Notes under the pieces: generated by a model | What the model saw: the letters and a program-made list of their open reading frames with translations, nothing else | The model's database searches: none | Told to the model about the DNA's origin: nothing | Shown: piece after piece, positions 39,101 to 51,500 of the stretch | Layout: each line of letters begins with the position of its first letter | Position numbering within the stretch: position 1 is the stretch's first letter | Source of the DNA: Stylophora pistillata | Lineage: Eukaryota | Assembly (NCBI RefSeq): GCF_002571385.2 | Contig: NW_019217962.1 | Coordinates: 236,357-300,356, forward strand | Reading direction: 5' to 3' | Length of the DNA: 64,000 nt | Position numbers and translations under genes: made by a program

Positions 39101-40216
39101 TTGATATGCTTAACTGGGAGCGGAAAACAAGGAAAGTGCTGCATTAAAAAATACCCAACACTTCATTTCATTTGCAATGATAAACAATTCATAAATTCTT
39201 AAAGAAGCGAATTTTTAATAATACTCTCCGGTTCTATATTTAGGCACACGTCAAGAATTATCGAAATGTTTGTGCTTTAAAAATTCACTTTCACCTAGAT
39301 TTTTCAGTCCCTTATCTATTGACGTTCACGATCAGACAGATAATGGTTAGAGTGGGCAGAAAATTCGCTTTACATTTACATCCAGAAATGAACCCTCTTA
39401 CATTGGGTTAAAAACGGGGAAAAAACGTGTTTCCAAACAAGTTTTGTCGTTTAAATTGAAATCCATTGATCTCAAATTCTTGATTTACACGCCCCTATTC
39501 ATATTTGAACAATGTAAAATAAAAACACCAAAAAAAAACTTTTATAAAACGTTATTAATGTCCTCATCTTAAACGTGCGAGCTTTCTGTGTAGCAATTTT
39601 TTCTATGAAAAATCTTCCATTTGAATACTTAGCGTTAGAGTTGAATATCGTTGGAGAAAATTCGACATGGTTTCTAGCGAGGAAGGGAAGTCGCTCTGAA
39701 GTACTTAAATTTCTTAATATACTACGCATTGTTCGTGCCATTATTAAGATATTAGAGTCTTGCTATAACTAAATTACTTCCATTATTGGTCTTAAAAAGG
39801 TTTGACAAAACACACGGGCGACTGTTGAGTTCTTTCACTTTGACATTTTTGTACGTTCACTTCTGAGCGGTAAGTTTGAATTCAAACTTCAGATAAATAG
39901 GGTGATTGTTTTGTAAACTTCGGCCATTTTTCTGGTCAGCTTGGCGTCTCACGCTGTTTCTAGTAAAACTAAAAAACAAGGGCGAGAATCGCTGCCGGTA
40001 TTTACGTGTAACACGCGTTGAAAATATCGAAACAGCAAGGAAAAGGGTAAAGGAAATCCCACTAGTTTCTTCAGTCCAAATCTGGATAGTCTTAAGGACC
40101 TTCTCTAGATAATTAAACGGATACTCAGTCTGAGTTTTTCTCATTACTTACCTCGTTAGTAGTCCGTGTAAGACTGTCGCAATTAGGAACCACATTACGA
40201 CAGTTCCCTTTCTCAT
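30144..40216 (-). CDS. Anion-selective Cys-loop ligand-gated channel subunit (GABA-A/glycine-receptor-like) with an in-frame stop, possibly a null allele or pseudogene; exons 40216-40152, [unresolved], 36050-35955, 35231-35164, 34787-34561, 33686-33604, 33260-33123, 31728-31373, 30449-30144
   Basis: Signal-peptide-like exon MRKGTVVMWFLIATVLHGLLT; YDKNVRP; DYTIDIFFRQWWKDPRL; IWTPDTYFQN; Cys loop CDMDLRLFPLDTQNC; M1-M3 with SWLSFWID..AVPARVSL and LPRISYLKAVD; M4 IDQYARKIFP..NIVYW. Exons from 36050 downward join in phase. TAG at 33255-33253. Confidence 0.9.
30487..30750. repeat. Dispersed CCAATCA/TGATTGG-rich repeat family; other copies at about 22186-22870 (interrupted), 46725-46900, 47263-47420, 52145-52340
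   Basis: Copies share the blocks GCGTTTTCCCGCGCT, AACCAATCAGAT and TTTGGTTTTACGAC. Element class not determined. Confidence 0.7.
31805..31925. repeat. Perfect 48-bp inverted repeat with 25-nt spacer
   Basis: 31805-31852 is the exact reverse complement of 31878-31925. Confidence 0.95.
32231..32963. other. Assembly gap
   Basis: Run of N. Confidence 1.
33930..34305. mobile_element. Degenerate MITE-like repeat with GGAGTC/GACTCC subterminal repeats
   Basis: GTTTTCACT...GGAGTCGGAGTCGGAGTCG at the left end; inverted GACTCCG repeats and GAAAAC at the right end. Confidence 0.5.
36190..36329 (-). mobile_element. tRNA-derived SINE, copy 3; head and tail joined across a single N
   Basis: Tail is nearly identical to copy 1 (TATATTGCGCAAATTAACATGTGGATATGATCAAATGCGCATCACAAC), and the A-box head is present. 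The body is missing at N36268. Confidence 0.75.
38027..38194. other. Assembly gap
   Basis: Run of N. Confidence 1.
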
Positions 40217-43200
40217 TGTAAACGAAACTCCCATACCCCTTTGAGCGGCTTCTCTAAGGAGAGATAACAAGTGTTAGTGTAAATACTTAGCTGTTAGTGT
40301 AATAGAGCGACTGTATGTTCAATGAAAGGCTCTTTTTTTGAGAGAAGCTTCAACTCACTGTGTTCTTAACTAGAATCTCTCAACAGCTATTAATATCAAT
40401 AAGATTCATTTTTCTACATCGTTTCCTATTGGCCAGAGAACCTAAACATCCTTTTTCACGCTTATTGGCTGACAGGTGTAAATTGCCTAAAACACATTTA
40501 ATTAAAAATAAGTAACGCTACAAGGTATAAGTCTATTGAAAATGCATTACTAAGTCGGCTCTTCGGGAATGGGAGATTGAAACAAAAAGCACCTATCAAC
40601 TGAATACCACTAATAGTTAAGAAAACCATAAAATTTAATTGCGTTGTTTACTGCATAGGAAATGTCTCGAATTCGTTTCAGTCAAAACGTTTCTTTGAGT
40701 CATTACCAATGTTAATAATTTAGTAGTTATGTAGCGTTCGGTTCGAAGCATAGCCAAAGCTTATTTTCCAACGATCGTATTAAAACAAACCTTTAAAATC
40801 TAGAGAGGTTTGTTTTCGCTACGAAAGGGATACATTTCAGTTAATATTATTGAAGTGACAGATGCTGTAATTTGTAACAAGACAAACTTTGTAAATAAGA
40901 TATTTGCCACGATTAGTGTCGAATAAATAGAAAATTCTAGAATATATCGATTTTCGTTTGTGATTAGCGTCTTGTGTGATACACTTACCGATAGCCGAGA
41001 GCAGGACAAATTAAACACACTATTAAACCATTAATGGTCAGGTAAAAATAATAAAGACTTCATCGGAAGTGAGTCAGATAAGTACAAAATGAATAGAGAA
41101 TTCGCATCTTACTAGCAATCTTGAGAATTAGATTTGCGCGTTTTGAATGATGTACTGGAACTTTCCATGAATTAATGAAATTTTCTTCCATAACTGTTCG
41201 TAAATCATACAACAACCGACGGAATTTGACGATTCGACATACATTGGGGATAATTTTTGTATGCTTACGTATATAGTGACGTCATAAGAGTATTTACCAA
41301 CAATTACAAAGACATTTTATTTATTTCAATATTCAAGCACAGCTGACGTTTCCAACATTTGAGGTTCAGTCTGGGTCAAGGGACGGGGTCAGAATCGTGT
41401 CAGAGGTTACAACCCAAAGTGGTCAGTTATAAAGGGTAAACTTGTTCGGAAAACTGACCTCTGAAAAGCTCTTTCAATGATTTTCTTAGAAAAAATAAAC
41501 ACTGTTTGATACAAACGACCTTCAGTTCGTGTACAAAACCTATACATTTGAAGCTTTACACATACGTTTCTAAAGACCTCTCCTCGTCTCATTTACTCCG
41601 CTTAACTGAAAAAAAAAAACAGTTTCAATGAAAGAAATTGAACTTGACCCTAACTTTAGAAAAAGGCACAAAGGAAGATATAGAGGTTTTCAAATTTTCG
41701 AGGTTAGTGATAAATAAATACTCATTTATTAGCGAAGCTCAATTGCATCTTGTTATCATTCTAAACTCAACCCAAAACATTTGTTGCGTACTGATAATTG
41801 TGCTTGATTTGTCCAGTACATGTACATCATTATAAAAAAAATCCATCGATTTATTAAATCGACCAGTTTTAAAGTGGTATTCGTGATACAATCAAAAAAA
41901 CATTTAACAACCGTAATTGCTCTTAACGCTAAAATCAATTAAGGGGAACGTTTTGGCTCTGTTATGTTTTGCATTGTGCAATAAGTAGTCAAACGACAAT
42001 TTTTTTTTTATCTTTTCCTATCTTTCATTAGCGAGCCAATTTACATCGATAATTGAGAAAGGAAAGAAAATTCCATTGGTTTTAATAGCAACGAAGTTTT
42101 TCCTTTTTCGAATTATTCCCAAAAATAGTAGAACTACCGATGACAGAGATAGTACGAGCGCGCTGAGTGGTCAAAAAGCTGTCGTTTACACACTCGAATA
42201 TTTTATAAATCATTCCCCACTAGCCCGTAATTTACGAGCTTTTCTCTTAATCTTCCAACTTCCTGCGTGGGTTATTACGCCAGTAAACCGAAATAAAGTG
42301 CGTTCTTTTGCTTAACTTAGTTTCCTTTCGCCTTGAATTAAAAGAGGAAAAGTCATTAACCGAAAAAAATGTTTGCGTAATGCACCGTCTTAAAGTCTCT
42401 TGCAAAGGAATAAATATGTCTTCAAGACAAATGATTAAACTTCGGTTATCAATCAAAAATATCAATTCAGAACATGCTCTCAAAGGAAAATATGCTAAGA
42501 ACTCCAGCTTTGTTTCTCGAAACTCGAAAAGATTCCTATTGATGTTGTCTTTTGCATTTCTAATATCCTTTTATATCGGAATCTAATTTAGCCCGAGGTC
42601 GATGGGAAAGAAACGCAACGAAGACGTATTTTCCCTTTCCTCAACCATGAACATCGCTTGCCATAATAATCAAATTTCATATATGAAAAAAAGAAAAGAA
42701 TTCACCACAATAGGGCTTTTCGAGGTTCACTTGAGTTTAAATTTTAAACAATGCAAATGATTAAAAATGAAGGCTGGCCGAAAAAGTTGGCCATTTTAAA
42801 CAGATTATGCTCCATTTCCTCTTTCTCTTAAAAGGGTAAAACCTTCCTACGGCAGTGACGAGAAGCACATGGTTGCGAATAAGTTTACAAAACCGGACAT
42901 TGGTTTGTCTTGGAGGCGTGAAATCAAACAAAACGAAGATTTTTTTTATGCCTGAAGTTAAAAACGATTAATTGATATAGCCATTGGTAATAAAAAAATC
43001 ACCATTTACTTTTCTTCGAAACGAAGAAGATTGATATAATAAAAATATACGCCAGCGAACTTATCATGCATGATAATACAAATTGAAATCTTTTTTTTAA
43101 AATTGCCGAATAACATAAGGCGCACTGCAGTGAAATTCAATAGAGAACTGTCTTTCCTTAGCCTGTAATAGTGAAATTACTTTAAAACCTTGACTCGCTC

Positions 43201-45551
43201 AACAAAAAGAGACGATGTGATGTCGTTAGCAAACTGTCAAACTACTAAAAGTTCTTACCTCAAGCAAGGAAAATATTGTGAGTAGTTTTGTAGTTTGGAC
43301 TTCAGGCGTCCTCTCGTCACCTTTCAGTGGCGAGACAAGCTCAAATGAACTTCAAAATAGCGGGAGATATCAGCTAAATGGATTTTCCTTACAAAACGAT
43401 TGGCTTTTAAACTTCAAAACAACATCGCGCAGATGTCTTAGAAATAATTGCACATGGTAAATCAGCCACAAGCAAATGAGAAATACACGTTTTAGCAGTA
43501 ATGTTTTTGTTAATTCACGTTCATGAAGTCACCGTGGCTGTGGTGAAGTAACCCATTTTGGGCAGAATCAGTAATTGCAAAACTGAATCGAATTCAAGTT
43601 TAGAGATATTAAAGTTATCTTCTTTTCTGAGACTTAGACCGCATTCGCTGAGTCGATATTTTCCTACGAGAGGTATCTAACAAGACATCACGATAAGCTT
43701 AGAATAACTCATAAGAACTCTTAAAATTACAAGGTATTTACTTAAGTAGATAACATATCAACGGGAAATCAAAGAGAAAAAAACCGCAATAACTGTTAAT
43801 AATAACATCAACACTAGCTTATGTAATTCAAAGAAAACCGACCGAAAAAATATATAGCATACTTAAAATTTCATTCCACGCAAATCCAGATCCAAAAACA
43901 TACTTAGAGAACGCATATTTTTAAAAGAGCAAGCAATCTATTCACCATAAGTCAAACTGAAGATTTGTACTCGTATTGTTGTTGGAAGACGGACTTAACA
44001 CGCGGTTAAAGGGGAGTCGGTATTCCTTTGTTGGAACTTGGCTAATAATACTACGAGACCTACCTTAAACTCAAGATGGTTAGCAGTCTTGCTTTTGAGA
44101 CCACAAACAGAGAACAAAGGTTTCCTTTGTTTGGTTTTTTCTTTTTTTTGTCTTTTCAACGCTAGGCTTTTGGAGGAACCACTAACTGGAAGCGTTATAA
44201 TTGTAGGCGACTACAACGGTGTGTGCGTGATTTCCTATTGCGGATTTAAGATAACCCGCAGTGATTTATTGACGATATAAACCCATTACGGTGATTTTTA
44301 AATGTCAGTTTTTTTCCCCGTTTAAACATTTAATATTTAGGTGTAATTTAAGATTATTTCGGGGAAACACGTCCATTAAATGGATGTTGTTGGTGGATCA
44401 CGCATTAAGCACACAGAAGGTTTTTTCATTATTCAAATGAAGCGCAAACACGTAAAAAAAAAAAAGTTTATTGTAATCATATAAATAACCAATGTACGTG
44501 ACTGTCGTAAATCAAACTCAGGCTATATTTCTCCAATATAAAATTCTTCGATCCGAGTTCACTGAGCTCTGCAATATTTGTTCCTTTTTAATTTTGCTGG
44601 GTTTCGCTGAGTCAGAGGTGTTGCGCCCACTCAGACCAAGACTTCATATTCTGCAACGACCAGCCAAAACTTAGCAATCGACTTCTCTTCAGTGCGAACA
44701 CGACTAAATATTTAATTAGTTTATGTGTGAAATCAACATGTTTCTACGTTTGCCAAGAAGATTTCCTGTGAGCATCTGGCAAACTGAACACCAACTGGTT
44801 CGATGGCGGTCCGATACATTATAGGCCTTTCTCAAAATCCATCAGAGTTTCAGGCTGTACCAGCCACTGGTATCACTACACTGGTGTAGTACAATGACAA
44901 AAGTACTCCTGCTTTTAAAAATATAATTCTGTCTGCATGCACCTGAATATCTGGCTCTATATATACAGTATATTGACGATAATTTCGAGTGGCGCCTATG
45001 GTATCACTAAAATCAGTAATCTATATAGAGGATGTGCGCCCGGTTCTCAAATTGTGACCCTATTTTATTCTGAGTTCCCAACCTCTGCGTTTATTTCACA
45101 TCTGGCATAAGTAAGCTCTACTTCACAATTTCAGGGGAACTCGTTGACACGATTTGATTACCTCGAAGGGAGTGCCTTTCGGCTCCTATATTTGTTCTGA
45201 AGGATGAAAAGATACGTTCATCTGCGCTGTTAATCTCCTTTAAAACCATATCGAGAGTAAAACATTCAAAATCATGAAGGCCAAGTCCGTTTTCAAATCA
45301 ACACAGCAAATAAAATTATTGCATTAAGTGTTTGTGGCTCAAATTTCGTAGTGTTCCTTTTCTCCTAGATCTATTTAGCTCGCTTGCTCGCAAAACATTC
45401 TGGCCTTCGATTCAATCAGTCATTAAAAAAGGGAACTTTAACTAGAATAATGAACAAGTAAAATTGGTAATAATCAACATTGCATGAAAACCAATTATAA
45501 ACTATCTGCTGTCACACTCCTGTTGCAATGACTAGTTTTTTGTTAGCGACC

Positions 45552-48500
45552 TCACGGTGGATGACAATGAACGTCAGCTACCTCGTGGTACTGTCGCCAC
45601 TCCCCCTCTTTCCGATTGTGGTAGAAGACCTGGGTACAATTAGGATCTACGGCAAGCACATTGACCTTTGGTTCTACTGGTGACGGATCAAGCCACGAAG
45701 CAACAGCGCGAATTCCACCGGTCTCACAGCGAATCTTGTTCAGAAAGTAACGGTTCTTCACTGCAAAGTAACACAGCTTGCTGTTTGTTACCAGAACCCG
45801 TGAAAAACATCTAAGAGGTTATAGTGCTTATATGTGGTTACATAGTGCTTGGGGTCACTTAGAAAAATGTTGAACCAGTCATATAACCCGAAACAAAAAG
45901 GAGTTGCAACCAAATATGATAGCGTCAGTCAATGCTTGGAGCTAACAGAACTTAAAAGAACCTCGTTGGAATTCATCTTTTGTTCCTTGTTAACAAATCG
46001 GTCATTTTACAAATTGTGTATAAATGACAGTGGAGGTAGCAGTTGCACTGTTCACGCCCACGCCCTCCCCCTTCCTCTTTAAAAATAACAACAACTAAAA
46101 AGTGTTAGGATCCACTACGGCTCAGTAGAGAACTCCCTTTTCATTTATCTATTCCTCTTCAGCCATTTTTTGCATCGAATAAGCGTGATTTATCTAGGTT
46201 GCCACACAAGCTCAGCATTTAAAAGAGGACATTTTAACAGACATTTTCTTGCTTGATTACCTCACATCTTTCGAGTGTTGGCTTATGCACAGGATTTGGT
46301 GTAGGTCAAAGGAGAGATATCTGAATGATCGTTTCATTCTCATTACCTGCCCCGCTTACAGCGTTTTAAAAGTGACAGGAGAAATTACATTCTGTTCATT
46401 CCTAGGAATCAGAGAGTAAAAGAAAAGGACAGATCAAATTTTCTTAATACCTACCTGTTTCATTCATTTTGTTGAACCTCAGGCTCAATTTCTTTTTCAG
46501 ATTCTTCCAAGTAAACTCCAACCCTTTTACAATAATTTCTTCCTTAGAAACAAAACAGAGAAGAAGAGTCAGGCTTAAGGAAACAACTCCAATTTTTGGT
46601 GCTAATTAGCTTTTTGATTTGAGATCCCTCCAAAAATTGAAAACCAACGAGGTCGTTAGTCCGTACAGCTTTGTGATTTTTGGAAGGTTTTCACATAAGT
46701 CAGTCGTCATAAAACACATTTCAGAGCGAATTTTGATTGAGAGTTGAAAAACCGAAAAAAAGGTCTCAAACTAAGGTCTCAAAGTAAGAAAGCGCAAATT
46801 CCTTGCGGCGAGGGAAAGCGCAAGTGATCAGTTTATTTGTTACGAGGGTGATGCGAGTTTTCCGAACCAATCGCAGGGCGAAGTAAAGGAAAAACAAATG
46901 CTATATCTCATAGCCGCTGTTAGCTCCCTTTTACCAATTCGCATATTCGAGAACTTGCTTATGATTAGAAAGAAAGGCACGATTTATCGTTTGAAATGAT
47001 CTTAAATAGTCACTGTTGGTACAATGTTCAAAACTACTTCAAGAGCAAATCCACACGTGGCTCGAATTATTCCACTTTCCCATAGCCCACCAACGTTTTT
47101 ATGTAAGACTGAGTTTCTTAAAGGAAAGAAAGCTCTTGGTTTTTATTACAAAGCCAATTAACTCTCGAGTGTCGAAAGTAAGTTTGGATTGGTTCAGTTT
47201 TTGTCCGCATTGCTCAAGCTCTGATTCGCCGAAAACACTCTCATCACTCTCTCCCAAACAATCAAATTCAGAACTAACACCAATGACAATTGGTCAACTC
47301 ACGTTTTCCCGCGCTTTAGGCAGTAAGCTTGTTTTAACTTTAATTCTTATTGGCTACCTTCGCTCTGATACACCGTTGTCATCACTTTGATTTTGGCTCA
47401 ACAACGCTCGAAAAGCGCTTTAATAGAAAGAGAACCCTTACGTCTGAATCCTTAGGATAGAATTTAAAGGTGAGCGTGTGGTCTTTCATACTGTTCGCTC
47501 TGCACTTGGCTTTGACGTAGGGAGAACTCGGAGCTAACATCAGGGCACAAACGAGAGATGCTACTGCCAGGAATACAGTTACTGCTAGCAGTTTCTTCCA
47601 CAGCCCTAAAAATGACAAAATAGAGCATTATGCATTGGTGTCACTATCTGAATTTTACTGATTATCCTGGCCCGCCTCGATTAGCACTGCTATCTGCGGA
47701 GCCAGGGGAATAAGGATTTATCATTGTCACACGACTAATCATTTCTGGCATTCTTTTCCGTTCAGATATCAATATGGATATGTGGGATAATTTTGGTTTT
47801 ATCAACTGAGTTGATAAAGTAAACTGGCCACCGGAAAGAGTTTCAAAGCTGACGTTTCTACCGTTAGCCCTTCGTCAGAGCGAAAGATAGTTCCGTGTCA
47901 TGTGGAAGAAACGTCATTTGTAGAGGCAATAGACAAGAGAGGAGAGTCTTTCCGGAGACTAGGAGTGGCCTTATCATTGGACACTACCATGGGAAAACCG
48001 AATCCAATCATTGTTAAGTGCTATAAATTTTGTGGTTTTGACGTTGGATGAGGTGTCCTGTCATCAAAACTTCCGGGTATCTCAGAGTTCACTTTAGCTG
48101 ATTTCCTGTCCAGTGGAGTTGCGTCACTGTATGACTATGAAGTAACCTTGGATACTTATCCATCGCTCCCGAACATTATTGCGTGTCCCCAGAAAGAGGT
48201 AATAGGATTCTGTTATACTTTGGCTAATAGTACCCCCCTTAGTTGACCCTTTTATAAATTAACTACATGAGAGTTTGTGCACCCTTAAAGGCAAGTATGT
48301 CATCTGAAATTTGTGTCAATCAAAGAGAAAACCTAAGTGAAAAAGAATCCCCACCTAAGCGCTCCTAGCTCTTAAATAATACAAGTGCAGGCGTTAGCGA
48401 CCTTCTAGAATTGCTCCCAAACTTATCAAAGTGGTTGTCTCAGAAAAATAATTTTCATGGTGACATGAGAATCCCATGGTCGTAAATCGCACTCTATAGG

Positions 48501-51500
48501 GACTCTAAGCAGTCGGGACGACAACGACGAAGAAAACGTCAATTAAAAAATAAATATAAATTTATAGTAAGAATTTCGTGAATGGCTGGATGTGTTTACT
48601 GGCTCTCATGGCGCCACACCTCAACTTCAGCACTACATTTAAACTGAAATAATTTGCAGTTGGTGTTTCCATTCTCGGAAAACGTAAATTTTGGTGATTT
48701 CACGTTGTTGTTTGGCAGAGGACAGCTAAGAAATGTAAAAAGTTTAAAAATGCACGTGCAGAGATATCATTCTGCCAGTTACATCTCCTGTTTTGCCACG
48801 TCCTCGTTGCCGTTGCCGTCGTGGTTTGCTTAAGGTCCCTTATCTCCACTATTTCTTACCTCTCCAGCCTATTTGCATTCTTGCAATTCTAACACCAACT
48901 GTATCTATGCTTGTGTAGAGATTTTCCCTCACTTCTTCGATACTTAGTCTCATTTGGTCCAGCGCTCGTCGCTGCTCCTTAGCACCGATGCTCAAAACTA
49001 AAGACACAATGCAGTCTACCTTGGAAACACCAGGACCAGACGATTCACCCATAGCATAGCCAATCAAGGTCCGTCGCTCATCTCCTAAACGACCAATGAA
49101 ATTAAAGAAATATAATTACATCCTTAGTTTGGTTAGTGTCATGTTGACTCTGTATCCAAAGAAGAAGATAAAAAAATAATAACAAAATAAAAAGCTTCTT
49201 ACAGAGTTATAAAGTGACCAAGACAGAATTTCTCCTTACAATATCAATATATTATCAAGCAGACAAGTGATGAGAATAAAAAAAAAATATATATCAGTCA
49301 GGGATTATTTGTGATTCAATACCAAATTCTCCAAACTAACATCATCACGAATTATATGGTAGATAGCCTGAAGGAGAGTTACTGGTGAGATCCTGGGAGT
49401 GAAAGGATTACAAGTGTTTTTAATGGAAAAAAAAAGAAATATGGGGTAGAATGAGAACCAGGCATACCTCTTAAATTTGGGGGAAGACATCATGTAACCC
49501 TGGTGCTCAAGCACGAACTCGAATCTCATGCGTCGCTTAGTAGGAGTTAATCTAAGTTAAAGGCAAGAGGATACGGACGCTCTAGTGACTTTGGAAGAAA
49601 GGAGTTACTTCAGAAATATACAGTTAAGTGGATTGAATTCTACTCAAACAGATTTTTTTTTGGATTGAAATTCCTTTTCAAATAGCTCTCCAAAGGATGG
49701 CGGGCTTGTCTCAAGGATAATTATCTCTATTGTCTACACCCTTACACAAAGATGAAATGAGATGTTCTAGGTTTATCGCTTATTGCTGAGCTGATAGAAC
49801 CTTTGATCGTACCGATAATGGACGTGTTAATTATGTCAATTTTGTACCTTGTCCGGGTATAGCAGTTGCCACACCTGGGAGCTTATTACTGGGGCAAGCG
49901 TATATGAGTTCCCCAGGTTTCACTTCACCTATGACTTTCACTTTTATCTCTCCGATGATGCAGACAAGATCAGCGTCTAAGTGTTAAGAAGAAACACAGG
50001 TTCGTTGAAATAACTAGGGCTCGACACTAACGGTAGACCAACAAACCACAGACTAATCGAAATTCAGTTTTGGCTGGTGGTTTTCGATTTCCACTAGCCA
50101 GTTTGGCTAATAAATAAACTTAAATTGTTGTAACATCTAATTTGTTTCTAGCTACTAGGCTAGTAAGTTGAAAAGTTGGTGTCGAGCCCTGATAACGTAC
50201 ATCTAGACAGAAATTCGTAAGAACAAAACCAAAATGATCACAACGGAGAAAAATATCACAAAGATCTGGATTAAAATAGAAAGACAAGATATCTCTACGA
50301 CTTTGTAATTTCGACCCCCCACCTTCCAAAAAAAAAGAAAAACAACAACAACAACAAAAGGAAAACTCATTTAAAAAATACCATCGGAACGGTTCCTAGA
50401 TTCCTAGAAAACAAAATACTTAAGCGGCTACAGTTTGAGTTTGACCATGCACCAACGGGCAACTAGAAAAGGCCACGGAATTTAAGCCTTTACAGTCTTG
50501 TACATCCCAAAAAGCGACGTTCGCCGCTAAAATGTGGGGTTTCGTAGTTATTCTAAGTTTATAGACCAAAAACTGCTGTTGGTTACGCGATCTTTTAAAA
50601 AATTCGATTTACCGAGTCGTTTTTGCACCACGTACCACAACCATTACTTACCATCTTTTTCCTCGTCATATCGCTCAGTGTTCCCCACTAAGTACGCTGA
50701 CCTCGTTATCACACCAGCCAACCGGGCTTCACAAGCATTATCACTGGTCAAGTAATCGATAACAGTGCTTCCTGTTTCACTTTCAAAGAATCCCACCACG
50801 TCACCTTCCTCAAATGGGCTTTCATTCTGCCGTTTGATATAGTAAGCGATGTCGTGGTTCGCTGTTTTTATCTGCTCAACTTCGAGGTTTGATATCCTAG
50901 CCACTTCCGCTTCGATTCGTTGGCATATAAAGCTTGAATACCGCCTATCTGTAGGCAGCAATGAAATAAATCATTCAGAAATTTTGATTCGATGAAGGGG
51001 GGAAAGGTAGGTGCATCAGCTTAAGCTTTGGAAAAAAAAAAGCTCGTCTCAAAGGAGCGTCAGAAATAGCTCTTAAGAAATCGCATGTTACGCTCTCGAC
51101 CAATCAGATGCAAAGCTAACTCCGGTGCTCCATGTTTTGATCTCTCGCTTTCTCGAAATACGTTACAAGGCAAAAGTTCATCTAGAATCCAACAGTAAGA
51201 TCAGTAAGATACTTCAAGATCCTCCAGTCCTTAAAAAATTGTTTTTGTTTTGGAGCTTTTAACATCACTGTTGCTCAAATTATCGCACTCCTGACCAAAA
51301 AACTGTGATAAGTGACTTACGTTAAGATTCACAGTTGAGATTTGTACAAGTTTTTCATTCTCGGTTCCATAATCTCCATTTTTTTTCACGAGAAAATGGG
51401 CAAGAAATTCCAGTTCAATTCCCAGATTCCACCATCGATATTTCCCCGTTGAAATAATCAACTTTTTTTATCCTATGTCGTTAATAAATAAGTATTTCTT

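Noticed and set aside
46260-46401. Extra exon of the MYRF-like gene
   Set aside because: Both candidate acceptors hit a stop in the required phase, and the flanking exons join cleanly without it.
48020-48140. Alternative terminal exon giving a TM-less isoform
   Set aside because: The open frame is phase 0 while the upstream donor is phase 1, and there is no other support.
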